A stretch of DNA of 64,000 nucleotides, from NCBI RefSeq assembly GCF_009914755.1, contig NC_060928.1; one strand, written 5' to 3'. A program made the translations under genes and the position numbers. The notes under the pieces were generated by a model that worked only from the letters and a program-made list of their open reading frames with translations, ran no database searches and had not been told where the DNA came from. Position 1 is the first letter of the stretch, and each line of letters begins with the position of its first letter. Of this stretch, positions 1-15,660 are shown one piece after another. Source of the stretch: the human T2T-CHM13v2.0 reference genome, Homo sapiens.

Positions 1-426
1 ACTGCTCTGAAGAGAGTTGCTTCCTTCAGGGCTTGAGGCTTGAGAACTGGAGAAGACAGCAGAAACTGTGTTTCATGATCTCCTTTTTTAAGGACTTTAT
101 ATCCATGTGATTACTTAAGCTTAATATACACAGCAGTGAAAAATGAAAATTAATTAAAATCTAGGATGTGTAGTCAGACTAGCAGCAGTAGGAGTTTAGA
201 AGAGAGTCATGTGTGTAAGAGCTGAGTTACAGAGAAGAGTCTTCCTGTGGGACATGCCTTAAATAGATTTGTATGTGTCTAGATAGAGGTGGACTGGACC
301 TTCAGTCAGTGCTAATAATGTTAATACTAATAGTCAATACTGTTACTAATCCTAAGAGCAAACACTAGCAGGTGCATGCTATGCTAGGCATTGTTCCTCA
401 TGCTTTACACGTATTAGCACATTTAA

Positions 427-760
<334 letters not shown>

Positions 761-1020
761 TGAGGCAGCAAATACTCTTTCCTCATTTTATAAATGAGGA
801 TTCAGATGTTGCCAATAGATTTTATTTAGTTGTGTTTGTGATTACAAGTTATACTTTATTTTTTAAGTTCGCAATAAAATGAAAACCTTTACAAATTCTT
901 GGTATCTTACGTTTTGAAATTATAGTTCATCAGTAGTTTTAAAACCAAACATGCCTTGTAATTTCTTTCTACGTATTTAAAGACTTATTTTTAGAAGAGA
1001 GTTTTAGGTTCACCTGTTTG

Positions 1021-1134
1021 TTTCTTTTTTTTAATTTTTAATTACCTTTTTGTAGAGATGAGGTCTTGCTGTGTTTCCCAGGCTGGTCTCAAATTCCTGG
1101 CTTCAAGTGATCCTCCCACCTCGGTCTCCCAAAG
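1021..1134 (-). mobile_element. FLAM/Alu left-arm fragment
   Basis: tgtagagatgaggtcttgc...cctcggtctcccaaag. Confidence 0.85.
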
Positions 1135-2919
1135 CACATGTTTCTTTTTAAATAAAAATTGTTTTTATGATAACCCCCTCCCCATAAAGACATAATATAA
1201 TTATTAACAATAACACAAAAAGATAAGAGGCTTTTATGTTTTGGAATGTGGGGTAGCTTATTTTAACCTTCTTTTTTAATTGAGGTCAGCACATCAGATT
1301 TTAATGGTTTCTTGTTTGTATGATGAAAAATAACTGGTAAAGCTCATCTCCAGAAAGAAAAAAGAACAGAGTACTGAGTTTGTGGAACATTTATAGAATA
1401 GAGTTCTGCATTTAATTTCTAGATACTTGGGTGACAATAACAGACCAGAATTTACTTTTTAACAACTTTAACAGATTTAGTGTGCTCTTATCATACTTTA
1501 TAATATGAATTATGGATCATTGGCAAATCCCATCAGTAGTATTTTTGGCAGCCCTTTGATGGAAGTAGAGTTTGATTTTTACTGTGTTGTTTAAAGAAAG
1601 AATTTAATTTTTTTTTTTAACTCTTCAAAAAGTCTCAGTTTCAGTGTAATTGTAACTACATCTTTTTCTAATGGGCTTTAGGTTGTATTACTTGTGACAT
1701 CAAAGAAAACTGCATATTTTCAAGTAGAAATATAAATTAAGAGGTAACTAAAGATGAACACAGGCATCATTGTGGTAAAAATTGTAAAGCAGTCTTTTAA
1801 ATTGTAGATTACTATGTTGATACACACAGCATTCAATGACTGTTACTGGTTTATTCATTTGGCAAAATAACAGATAATCAATAGGGCAAGTGTTGTGAGT
1901 CCTCTAATTGGGGCCATATTTCCCAGGCTATTTACCTATCTTTCTTTCTTCTCATTCACAGATCTTGCTGGGGATTAGTGTTAACAATCCTGTGTTTGAG
2001 CATGCCTGTGAAACTCGATGCCTCACCTAGGAGGCCTGCCTTCCATGGCGGTATATGAGGTGTGACTATAAAGTGTGAGACTGGTTTCCACTTTATGGAC
2101 ACACTGTGTACAGAGAGTCCACCTCCTGTTTCGTGTTTTTTTTTTTTTTTTTTTTTTTTTTCCTTTTGCAACATGTGTGTGGGAGAATGTATATAAGAAT
2201 TTTTTGTGGCTTTTTCTTTTTGTCTTTTCATTTTCTTATAAGACTTTAGGATGTTTAAAATGAGCTCTATTACTTGTAGTGCTGTTTGCAATTTCATGTG
2301 CCCTTTTTTCTTTTTCTTTTCTTTCTTTGTTTCCCTCTTCTTTCCTCATTGTTTGCACTGCAACTTTAGGTAAGAAATATTTTTCTTCGACTGGCCCACC
2401 TTTCTACTGTTCCTTTAGCTCTTCACAGGAATGCATCAGATGGTCTTGTGATCATTCATTTTTATGTAAGTCTCAGAGACAACATATAACTTCAGTTAAT
2501 GAATTAAAGTATTTCATCAACTCTGAGATCTAAGATACATTTCGCTTTGAGATCTAAGATGATAAATGTTACTGATTGTAAGATGTATCTTTTTCAAATA
2601 TGTTAAAAATGTAAAAAATACAGGTTTTTGCATCGGTGAAATATGGTAACCTTTTTATTAGGTTGTATACGGTGGGTTATCACTCATATTTGATATGAAA
2701 TAAGAAGCGTAGATGGAATCAAGATCAACATGTGTGTTGATTTGTAGGCCATTATTAACTTTGGAAACTGACTACTATATATATTCTTAAAAATGTATGG
2801 AATAAAAGGTAAAAAAATGTTTTCTAATTCTCAGTCCATCCATCGTTTATCAGCATTCTACTGAGAAAGCAGAATAAGCAATAATAGTGTTCTATTTGGA
2901 TCATTCACATATGATTAAT

Positions 2920-3117
2920 ACAACATGGTGGATAATATCATGACCTTTAAAATAAAGCAGACTTAAGCTCTAGCATGTATCTGTGAGACCTTGAGCAGAT
3001 TACTTCATTTCTTTCCGTTTCCTTGGATAATAAGCACACCTTCCATACAGAGCTGTGTTGATGAGTAAAGTATTACATAAGTAAGACATTGTATATACTG
3101 TCTGGGCATATGGCAGG
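2920..3117. mobile_element. MIR remnant
   Basis: tgtgagaccttgagcagattactt core-like sequence. Confidence 0.6.
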
Positions 3118-3503
3118 TGTATTACCTTGCTAGGGTTACCCTAACAAAATACTGCAGACTGGGTGGCTGAAACAACAGATTAACTTTCTCACAGTTCTGG
3201 AGGCTGGAAGTCCAAGAACAAGATGTCCATAGGGTTGGGTTCTTGTGGGACCTCTCTCCTTGGCTTTCATTTGGCTACCCTTTGCTGCTTCCTTCTCATC
3301 ATTGTCCCTCTATGAGTGTCATCTCTCTGGTGTCTCCTTCTGTCTCCTAATCTCTTATAAGAACGCCAGTCATGTTGGGTTAGGGACCACCCTAACAGCC
3401 TTGTTTTAACATAATTACCTCTTTAAAGGCTTTGTCTACAGATACTGTCATATTCTGAGACTTCATCATATGAATTTTGGGGAGCACAATTCAGCTCATA
3501 ACA
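3118..3503 (-). mobile_element. MLT1A-type MaLR solo LTR
   Basis: TGTATTA...CATAACA termini, tctcacagttctggaggctggaagtccaaga motif, near-TSD gcagg/gtagg. Confidence 0.9.
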
Positions 3504-5639
3504 GTAGGTCCACAGTGTTAGTCGTTGTTTGGAAATGTGTATTTCTTATTATGAGGATGCTCTCATGGTGTCTGGTGTCATAATTAGTAGTGTGGGTAAC
3601 CTGTATCTCTGTACTCTGAAATAAGAGGACTCAGGCTGGAGTGGTCAGGGGCTCATATGAGTACATTAGGGCTTTAACTAGGGAATGAGGATGGTAATGC
3701 AAGTTTAAGCAGAATGATTACAGGTCAGGAGTTATAAACAATGATTAAAATCTTGATTTGGAATGAGCATGGTATAGTTGGAAACACGAGGAAGCTGATT
3801 TGGCTGGAAAAGAGCCTGAAGTGTGGAAGTCTTGAGAAGGTAGGTGTCAGTAGGATAAGGGAGACCAGATTTTAGGGTTGCTTGAAAGCCACGAAAAGGT
3901 GTTTTAACTCTATGATCCTAGTGATGGGGAGTCCATATTAAAGATTACAGAACTGGAGGGGGACGCAGAAAGAATTTTGGGATTTTTAGTCTACAAATTT
4001 CTTTATATTTTTAGTATAAAAAGTAAGCATTCATTTACACATGACTTGTGGAATGAAATACCTTTTCCAAAGCATTTTAAATGATCCTGTTAGTAATCCA
4101 TGATAATGTTAAGGTAGTTGAAGTATTACAGTCTTATGAGACATGTAGAACACCTTGAAACAATGTGTTCAAATTATTCCCACCTCACCTCTGCCTTTGC
4201 TTTCTGCCTGATAACATTGTAAAGTAAGACCCCTTCTCCGACCCAGTCAGGATGGACTCATTGGTAATCCATGAGTCAGTAAGCATTTTGCAGAGATTCC
4301 TCAAAGTTGAATATTACTTTGGGTTTATTAAAATATTTCTTACTTCTCACATTTCTTTTACATATTTTTACCATTATTATTGTCTGAGCCACATTGGCTA
4401 TCTTTATAAGGACAGCATTTTTTCTTGAACTGTAATATAAAATTTCATTACAAAATATGTAGTTGGGTTCCATTTCATAAAGTTAATTTACTTCACAGAG
4501 CTTTGGAAATACTTTGGCCAGTGAAGTTTTTGATCTTTGATTAAAATGTCAGGTAATAAAAATATTATGTGAGTTGAGATATATCTGAAATAAGATCTAG
4601 GGTAGAGAGTATGATTTTAGTTGCAATTTGGTAAGTTTTGTGCATTATTTATTATTTTTGAAATCTCCTTAAAAGTAAAAAATTAAAAGGTCAATGTGAG
4701 AGGCCCTTTAAAAATTAGTGTTCAAAGATTTAAATGTTAATCGAATTATCTGCATGTTTTCAGTGTCAAAGTAAAGGCATAAAATCCTTTGAATTATTGT
4801 TTAAATTGAGAGTTAGTGTCAACACATACTGAATTACTGCATGGTCCTAAAGACCAACTCCTTTATCTAATTAGAACTATCCGGGATGCTTTTGTCTCTT
4901 TTTACCAATATGAAGGTCCAAAAATGTAGTAAATCTTCATGTTTTAAGATGGCAGCTTTTGTCATAAGTTATCTTTTAAGGAAAGTCAAATTATTTCGAT
5001 AAAAGAAAATGTCCTATCTGTATAACCAGTGCTCTGTGAAACATCTCCTTGGTACAGCTGTAGTATTAAGACTCTTGTTTATCATAAGCATAATTTCACA
5101 GCATAAATCTCCTGTATACTAGACCCTTTAAGAGATATTTATCTTCAGACATTCTTGTTTTTTCCTATTCTTTATATCAATGAGCCATTTTCAGGGACTA
5201 CCCAGAGATGGTACCATCGGTTTCTTATATAGTCATAAGTCATGTGTTTTTGGAATAGGTGATAGTAATGTTAGAGCGTAACAGAAGAGAAAAATATTTG
5301 GCATTCTGAGGTAAATTAGGTCTAAGGGTCTGCTTTAATTTTAAAAACAAAAGCTCTACTGTTTCTAGCCAGAAAACCAAATATCTTGGAGTTTAACATG
5401 GAAAATGTTTATAGTGTTGTATAGTTTTATTACTACAGACAGAAGGAAAACAGTTTATTGAGTAGCTTTCAGCCAATAAGGAATTTTATACAGGCTAACA
5501 ATCCAGAGGTGTATGAAAAATATATATATATATTTTAGTTTAGAGAGAATTAATGATAAAAGCTCAAGATATTGAGCCACTTACTTTGAAACAAGTGTGA
5601 TCCTTTTTGGCATTTATATGACAGTAGACAACTAGCCAA

Positions 5640-5955
5640 GCAGAAATGTTTTGTGAATTACAGATTTGTCCTTAAGATGAAGGGGCATGCCCTTTTGTAC
5701 CCTTCTTCATTCCTGCTTGCTGGAATGCTCAAACTCAAGTTCATATCTTGAAGCAAGTGCTAGAAGTCACATGTTAAGGCTGGTGAAATAATGGTATAGA
5801 AGGAGCTTGAGTCTTTCAGAATTGTGGAGTTGCCTTAACAGACCTGTCTGTTATCTGTGGATTTTGTTTAGAATGAGAGCGAGCCAAACTTTTGTTTAGC
5901 ACTGCTTTTTTAGGTTTTCAGTTACTCATGGTGGAACATACCAGTGACTGATCCA
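5640..5955 (+). mobile_element. Old MLT1 (I/J-like) LTR remnant
   Basis: Degenerate cctgcttgctggaatg / agaaggagcttgagtc motifs. Confidence 0.55.
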
Positions 5956-5981
5956 CTGTCCCTCCCCAGCTGTATCTGGTT

Positions 5982-6195
5982 CAGGAGTCAGTAAATGATG
6001 GTCTGCAGGCCAAATCTAGCCCACCACCTATTATATATACAGGAAGTTTTATTGAAATTCAGCCACCCTCATTTGTTTATGTGTTGTCTAGGACAATGGC
6101 CGTTTTTCTGCTACAGTGAAGAGTTGAGTAGCTTTATCAGAGACCACATGGCCGGCAAAACCCGATTCTTTATAGAAAATGTTTGCTGATCTCTG
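5982..6195 (+). mobile_element. MER58A (hAT-Charlie MITE)
   Basis: caggagtcagtaaa...ggccaaatctagccc...gtttgctgatctctg with TIR-like ends. Confidence 0.85.
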
Positions 6196-6584
6196 AGGTA
6201 GTCTATTCACTGATTTCATTTGTCTTTCTTTGAAAATGTCTCTTTTATCATTCTTTTTTTCTGTATTCATGCTGATTCCTTATCAGGGTACATATTTTTG
6301 CCTCATATTTAAACTACTTTCACTGCTTTATTAAAAGCTTCCTTAAATCATTTGAAATTCCATTATTTATCTATCAGTCATACTATAACATGGCAAGCTT
6401 TCCTAAACAGAGTTTATGCTGTGTCACTCCTGTAATCAAAAACTTGCAGTGACTGTTTCCTGGAGCATTAGGTCATAACATTTTTGCTTGCCATTTATGA
6501 TTCTCTATGTTCTTTCCATACTCAAGTGTGCTAACATTATTTCCTATTCGTTTATAAATTAGTTTATTTAACGTACTTTAAAAC

Positions 6585-9240
6585 TTTTTATTTTTAATTT
6601 TTATGAATGCATAATAGTTGTAAATATTTATGGGAGTACATGTGATAAAGCATATGATGTGTAATAACCAAATTAGTGTAATTGAGATATCCATCACCTT
6701 AAACATTGATCATTTCTTTGTGTTAGAAACATTTCAATTTTACTTGTCTAGTTATTTTGAAATATATAATAAATTGTTCTTAACTATAGTCACCTTATTG
6801 TGCTATGGAAACATAGAAACTAGATTTTATTCTTTCTTTCTTTCTTTTCTTTCTTTTCTTTCCTTCCTTCCTTCCTTCCTTCCTTCCTTCCTTCCTTCTT
6901 TCCTTCCTTCCTTCCTTCCTTTCTTTTTTTTTTTTTTGACAGTCTTGCTCTGTCACCGAGGCTGGAGTGCGGTAGCGTAATCTTGGCTGACTGAATCCTC
7001 CACTTCCCAGGTTCATGCGATTCTCTTGCCTCAGCCTCTTGTGTAGTGGGGACTACAGGCGTGTGCCACCATGCTCAGCTAATTTTTGTATTTTTAGTAG
7101 AGACAGGGTTTTGCCATGTTGGCCAGGCTGGTCTTGAACCCATGACCTCAAGTGATGCTCTTGGCTCAGCCTCCCAAAGTGCTAGGATTACAGGCTAGAT
7201 CTTATTCTTTCTAGCAGTATGTTTGTACCCATTAATCAACATCTCTTAATTTTTTCTCTCCACTATCCTTGCTAGCTTCTGGTAACCATCATCCTGCTCT
7301 GTAACTCCATGAGATCAGTTTTTTTTTAGCTCCCACATATGAATGAGAACATGCCATATTTAACTTTCTGTGCCTGGCTTATTTCACTTAACATAATGTC
7401 CTCCAGTTCCATCCATGTTATTGGAAATGACAGGTTTCATTCTTTTGTATGGCTGAATAATATTCCATTGTGTATATGTACCACATTTTCTTTATCCATT
7501 CATTGTTGATGGACACTTAGGTTGATCTTGGCTAATATGAATGGTGCTGCAATAAACATGGGAATGTAGCTATGTGTTCTGTATACTAATTTCTTTTATT
7601 TTGGATATATACCCAGCAGTAGGATTGCTGGATCTTGTGGTAGTTCTAGTTTAAGTTATTTGAGGAACCTTCATACTGTTCTCCATAATGGCTGTACTAA
7701 TTCACATTCTCACCAGCAGTGTACTAGCATTCTCCTTGCTCCACATTCTCACCAGCATCCATTATTACCTGTCTGTTTTATATAGGCCATTTTAACTGGG
7801 GTAGAGATGATAACTCATTGTGGTTTTGATTTGCATTTTTCTGATGATTAGTGATATGGAACTTTTTAAAATATATCTGTTGGACATTTGTATACCTTCT
7901 TTGGAGAAATGTCTGTTCAGGTTTTTTGCCCATTTTTAATTGGATTATTATCATTATCATTATTCTTAATATTTGTTGTTTTGCTTATTGAGTTTGAATT
8001 CCTTGTATCTTCTGGTTATTAATCCCTTGTCAGATGAATAGTTTATAAATTTTTTTTGCATTCTGTAGGATAGCTCTCCACTTTGTTAATTGTTTATTTT
8101 GTTATGCAGGAGCTTTTCAGCTTCGTGTGATCCCACTTACCTATTTAGCTTTGGTTGCCTATGCTTTTGAGGTCTTACACAAAAAAATACTTGCCCCGAC
8201 CAACATCCTGGAGCATTTCCCCAGTGTTTTCTGATAGTTATTCATGGTTTCAGGTCTTACATTTAAGTTTTTAATCCACTTTTATTTGATTTTTGTATAT
8301 GGCACAAGATGGGATCTTGTTTCATTATTCTGCATATGAATAACCAGTTTTTCCAGCATCATTTATTGAAGAGACTGTCCTTTCCCCATTGTATATTCAT
8401 GGTACTTTTGTAGAAAATGAGTAGACTATAAATTGTGGAACTATTTATGGGTTCTCTGTTCTTTTCCACTGATCTGTGTGTTTTTATGCCAGTACTATGC
8501 TTTTTTCATTACTATAGTGTTGTAATATAATTTGAAATCAGGTAACGTGAAGCCCATAGCTTTGTTCTTTTTGGATTTTTTTCGCTATTCTAGGTCTTTT
8601 GTGGTTCCATGTAAATTTTAGGATTGTTTTCTCTATTTCTGTGAAGAATGTCATTGATATTTTCATAGGGATTTCATTAAATCTGTAGGTCGCTTTGGGT
8701 AGTATGTACATTTTAATGATACTGATTCTTCTAATCCATGAACATGGAATATCTTTCAATTTTTTGTATTATCTTCAGTTTTTTCATAAATGTTTTACAG
8801 TTTTCACTGTAGAGAACTTTCACTTCTTTGGTTAAGTTTATTCCTTGGTATTTTATCTGTAGCTATTGTAAATGGAATTCCTTTCTTGGTTTCTTTTTTA
8901 GATTGTTAGCTTTTAGCATATATAAATGCTACTGATTTTGGTATGTTAATTTTGTATCCTGCAACTTTACTGAATTTGCTTTTTCAGTTCTAATAGTTTT
9001 TTGGTAGAATTTTCAGGTTTTTCTAAATATATCACCTACAAACAAAGATAATTTGACTTCCTCCTTCACAATTTGTATGTCCTTTCTTTCTTTCTTTCTC
9101 TTGTCTAATTGCTCTGGCCAAGACTTCCAGTGCTAGGTTGAATAAGAATGGTAAAAGTGGATATCCTTGTCTTGTTTCTGATCTTAGAGGAAAGGCTTTC
9201 AGTTTCTCCCTTTTCAATATGATACTAGCTATAGGTTTGG
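6585..9240 (-). mobile_element. L1MA-type LINE-1 3' portion, decayed ORF2, interrupted by an Alu
   Basis: L1 3' UTR; ORF2-like peptides [16 protein letters not shown] and [18 protein letters not shown]. Confidence 0.93.
6838..7194 (-). mobile_element. AluS with (TTCC)n tail, 5' end clipped
   Basis: TSD ctagattttattctttct / ctagatcttattctttct. Confidence 0.93.
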
Positions 9241-12050
9241 CAAAGACTTTTTTCTTCTATGGCTGTGTCTGTGTCCCATAGCACATAACTCAACAATGTT
9301 GATTAATCACTGATGAGGACTTGAAGAGTGCTTTGTTAACACAGAAAGAATCTTTCTTCAAATAAATCTCATCAGAAGTATAATATATAAAATGGATTAA
9401 AGCGGAGATGCCATTTCTCCTTCTAAGTCTCCACTAGGATTTGTTGAATCCCTAGGGCCTCATGGGAAACCACTGTTAGAATGGAAATAACATTGGCTTT
9501 TACAACAGGTTAGCAGTGTTTTTCATCAGGCCCTGCCTGTAGCTGTGGGAAAACCATTTAACCACTTGGAGACTTGGTTTTCTTATCTTTGAAATGAGAG
9601 TTTTGTCTTAAACGCTTTCAGTGTTCCCTTCTAGCTATGTTAGTATATTTAAATGTTTCAGGTATATTCCAACCCTTGGTCTTCACACAAATGGTATTCT
9701 CCTACCAGAGTACCCTTGCCCCTGCCTATTCTAATGCTGAATTTCTTTCAAGACCATGCTGACTTCTAACTCATCTAAGAAATCTTCTGCTATACCTCTG
9801 TGTTTTGCATCTATCACTTTATTGTCCACAGCACATAAACTAGAACTTGATGTGCGGAGCTTCCCACTACCACTCAGATTCATATATTTTAGCAAGTGGA
9901 TTAGTCAGACATTAACCCCTACCTATTTTGCTTACCTTAAATATCCTAATAATTAAAATAATAAGACACATTCTTGCCATATGTACGTTATTTACCTTAT
10001 GAAAGTTATATATTCTATTGGAACACTGTACATAGTATCTTTTGTTGTCACCTTAGTTAGCTTTATCTGCTTACCTACAGAGTTCTCATCTCATATTTCT
10101 TGTGTATATCGTTGTATTAGTTGAGCTAACATATATCAAAAGCCTGGCACATAGCAGACATTCCACCAAGCTTAACTCTTTTTATGGCATTTCTTATAAC
10201 TGGAGAAATCTAAGGGGAGCTCCCCATCCTCCCCACTCCAAAAAAGATGTAGGTATTCCAAAGACTCCATGCAAATCCATTTGTTTTCTGGCCTGGGTTA
10301 TATAAGATATTCCAAATTGAAGTTACAAAGTTATAAGCTATTTTTTGCTTTGTCTACAAATTTATTTTCTCCCAGTTTAACACATTGAAAGAGATTGGAG
10401 AAAACATAGACAATTAATAACTTTTGTTAAAGGTTTTCAAATTTGAGGCCCTGAATTTATCTGGCAGTACACTGAAGAAGTGTTCTTCCTGGTGAATGTG
10501 TTTCAAGTAAAATATATTTTGATTTAGACTGAAAGAGTAAATTGTGTGTGTGAGAGTGTATGTGTTCTCATGTTTACACATATGCACAGGAGTATTGACA
10601 TGATAAACACATCTTAAGGCACTCAACAGCTCTGATCAGTATTTAAAGCAACAACACTGTGTTCCAACAGTGAAACATTTGTGGAATTGGAAAAGACAAG
10701 GAAACATTGGAAAGCAAGTTCATTTGCACATAGGGAAAGCATTAGCCAGGAGAGCACTTAGAGAGAATGGACATGCCACCATACAGTTGTAAAAAAAAGA
10801 TTTTGAATCTTGCAACACAGAGCTGTGGCTTTGCATACCCTTAGTTTAAATATTGACTTTTGAAATGGGATGAAAGTTGATATATGCCATGTTGTATCTT
10901 TCTCACCACATGTTAAAGTGGCAATAACACAATTTTGTTGGATACTTAGTACTGTGTTGTTTCTGATTTACAGCCCTGGTAATTTTTCTTGTTCTGGGAA
11001 TACACTGCATGAGAACACATGTTGGAGCTAAAATTAGCTTTAAACCTACCTAAGTGAAAGTGAGAATTCTTCTCATATAACCTACTTATAAATATTTAAA
11101 TTGTAAAATGTTTTAATTGCTTTTCTCTAAAAATTATCAGAAGAATAAAAAATATAATGTTAGGAACAAAAATAGCATCAGGAATAATTGCAGTGAATGA
11201 TAGTTCAGTTTTAGAAGAAAGTAGAACATTTAAGTACCCATGGAAAAACTAATGTAAAATTTTTGCTATAAGAAAAAGACATATGACTGCTTATTCAAAG
11301 TGCAAAGAATAAAGAAAAAAATGCAGATTTAAAAATTGGTCACAATACTTTTTTCAATGAGAAATCCATTATGAAGTGGACGTTCTTTAAACAATGAACT
11401 CTATACTCAACTCTGTGGAAAATCTTCCAGTAACTGGGGAATTGCATAGCCTTCACTTGCCTATGTCTATATTTGTAAATATTCTCAAGAGAGTTTAGGA
11501 CTTAACTTTCATGCCTGAAATTTTTTTTTCATTTTACTGGCTTTAATTTAAACTACATCAGAGTTGAAAATCTAAGTTTGATGACTAATATTAGGTTATT
11601 TGAAATTGTTGACAAGTGCTTGATATGGTAGATTTATACAGGAAAATTTTCATTAACACAACTAGCTGTTCCCTAAGAGGTGGTATGGAGCAGTTAGGGA
11701 ACAAATTCTGGAAGTTCTATGAAGAGAGAGACGGTCCTTGGGGAAATATTAGCCTGTAATGGAACAATTATTTTACCTTGGAGTTCACAAGGGGAAGCAA
11801 GACAACCAAGTGTTTGAGCTATTTTTATATAATACTCATATGTAGGAAGGAGATAGGAATTTATGACAAAATATATCCAAAGTTGTTGTATATTCAAGTT
11901 TTCTAAGTTTATGGAAAAATAAAACTATGGAATTAAGGGATAGTTTCCTCATATATTTTTATATAAGAAAGCCTTTGTAAACCTTTTGTGCACTCTCCAA
12001 CTCTGCTAAGTAGAAGTAGAAACACCTTTAACATCTTCTTAGGGTAATGA

Positions 12051-12560
<510 letters not shown>

Positions 12561-13803
12561 TAGAATAGATAACTTTGATTTACAAGTGTTTTTGGCCACG
12601 TGAAAGAGATTTTTTTTCTTCACTTAATAAAACAGTAAGAATACGCTATTCATGTCATAGAACTATAATAGCTTAAAATAAATAATATCCAGAAAGTTAT
12701 TAGAGAACATGAGATATGGCACATTCTGTAAGAATGACCATTTTCTTTATCTCACTTTGAGGTTATCTTCTTGAAGGCAGTGATAATAACATTTTGGTAG
12801 TTTGATTACTTTTCCCGTTAGTTACACAATATAAACTATGCTTGTAACTTTACATTCAGGGACTTTTTCTTTCTTTTTCTTTCTGTCATCTTTGGACCTC
12901 CCTAGCATCTCTCCAGACATCATTACTTAACAATACTTTCCTTGGTATGTATGCTTTATTTGCTCAGAGATGAAAAGGTAGCCAAAGACTAAAGTGATTA
13001 AAGCTTTCTAGTAATGGTGGCTGCATCTGCCTCCTGTCTTCCTCACTCTTTATGGCAAGATCTCAGTGAGGCTGCACCCGGAGGAACATTGCTCAGCTCT
13101 GGGATGTGATAAGTAAATAGTTTTTTTTTTGTTGTTGTTTTTTTTAATCATGGAGCAAGCTTAAGAAAGCTATTTTTATGTGTTGTAGTTTAAACATTTT
13201 TAAATGAAAATGGTATATTGAATTCTGGGGAAAATATGTTTATTTAACAATTAGTCTATCAGACAGCCGAATGTCAATGAGAAAATTTGCACTGCTTGTT
13301 AACCACTTAAATGTGTTTATGGGGGAATATTGGAGAAGCAGCAAACCCAAAGTGAGTTTATACTTCTTAATTTAGTTTTGACGTTGACCCTTATGCTACA
13401 ACTTTCCAAGGCAGGTGGCAGGAACACAGCCTCTGCGCCTCCGATGTTTGAGATAGCTCCAGGCTCTATTCTCTGTTACTCTGTAACATACTGACTCAAT
13501 GAGAATTTCAGGTCGTGGTGAGTGAGTTTTACCATTGGTAGCATTGTTATTACACTCTTATTTTGTGTTCCCAAGGAATGTGGTCTTTTTGTATAATACT
13601 CATATGTAGGAAAAAGATAGGGATTTGCCTACATATTCTCATGTAGGAGGACGTTCTTTGCCATATTCCCTGGGATCCAACTCTACCCTGTTTCTGCTGC
13701 CAGATTTCCGTGATTTTCTATTCACAATTCCCAGCTTTACCCTGTTCCTTTTTTGGTGGATTTTCCAGAAGTTAGATAGGCATAGTTTGTCTATATATCC
13801 TGA

Positions 13804-14111
<308 letters not shown>

Positions 14112-14419
14112 ATATCCTGAGTTTTCTAAATGGTCCGCTGCTTTCCACCCATCACTGCGATCGCAGTCTGTCATCAAGATGCTTGTTTAGAAGCCTGCAA
14201 TGGCTGGGCTAGTAGATTGGACTGTTTGTTCTGTTCAGAACCTGAAGCCTTTATTTTAACATTGGGTAGTATTCTCAGAAAATGTGTAGCTATTAAAATG
14301 CTTTTTCTTCTCTTTTTTAGCCTGACAAAGTCCTGATTATTTTAAAAATATTTTAAGGATTTGAGGATTAAGAATTTATGTTGTTGGTGGAATGGCGGAG
14401 TCAGTATAGCAGAAATCTT

Positions 14420-14620
14420 CCTTCTCTGCTTTATTTTTCTCCTTAACATTTATCACTAATACATACATATTTCACTTGTGAGTGTTTTCTATTATTTGTC
14501 TTCCCCAGTAGAGGGTAGGCTTCATTTGGGAAGGGGATTTTGTCTACTTTGTTCTCCTCTGTATCTTTAGTTCTGATAGCAGTGTCTGGCAGATGGTATT
14601 TGCCTAAGAAGTATTTGTAG
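14420..14620 (+). mobile_element. L2 3' remnant
   Basis: tttgtcttccccagtagagggtaggcttcat...ttttgtctactttgttc. Confidence 0.6.
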
Positions 14621-14977
14621 ATGGAAATATTCTAACTTTGTCCAATAATTATATCTTTAAGTTTAAAAATCTAACAAAGAATTAATGATCATAGTGTTCT
14701 GGTTGTCTTATGTTTCCTTACATGTAAAAAGGGTGATACTTTAAAGAATTTTTAAATGTTTCTTATACTTTTAAATGGTTTAGTATTTACTATTCTTCAG
14801 AGTTATAATTAAAGATTAACTTCTTAGTTACTTATAAGCCAAGATTTTTTTTGTTATATATCTTGTTTTATTTTAAAAAGCTTTTTAAAGAATGTTTAGT
14901 AGTTTACTCTGACAATAATTCAGCATCTTAAAGTGCTAGGATATTCTATTGAATATTAATTGCTGATTTATCTGTAG

Positions 14978-15400
<423 letters not shown>

Positions 15401-15419
15401 TGTTCATTTCTGTTTTAAA

Positions 15420-15660
15420 GTTTTTTTTATTTTTAATTTTTATGGGTACATAAAAGTTGTACATATTTATGGGGTATATGTGATATTTTGATAGCATCAT
15501 ACAATGTGTAATGATTAAATCTCAGTAATTGGGATATATATCACCTGAAACACCTATCATTTCTTTGTTTTGGGAACATTCCAAATCTTCTCTTCCAGCT
15601 ATTATGAAATATGCAATGATTGTTGACTATAGTTGCTTCATCCTGCTACTGAACACTATT
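15420..15660 (-). mobile_element. L1MA 3'-end fragment
   Basis: Similar to the L1 end at 6585-6820. Confidence 0.85.

Noticed and set aside
2524-2560. tgagatctaagat repeated twice
   Set aside because: Ordinary short local duplication; no array or spacer structure
4093-4274. 11-bp direct repeat gtaatccatga
   Set aside because: No poly-A or recognisable element between the copies; compatible with chance
7778-9217. Reverse-transcriptase-like peptides
   Set aside because: Fragmented, frameshifted L1 ORF2 remnants
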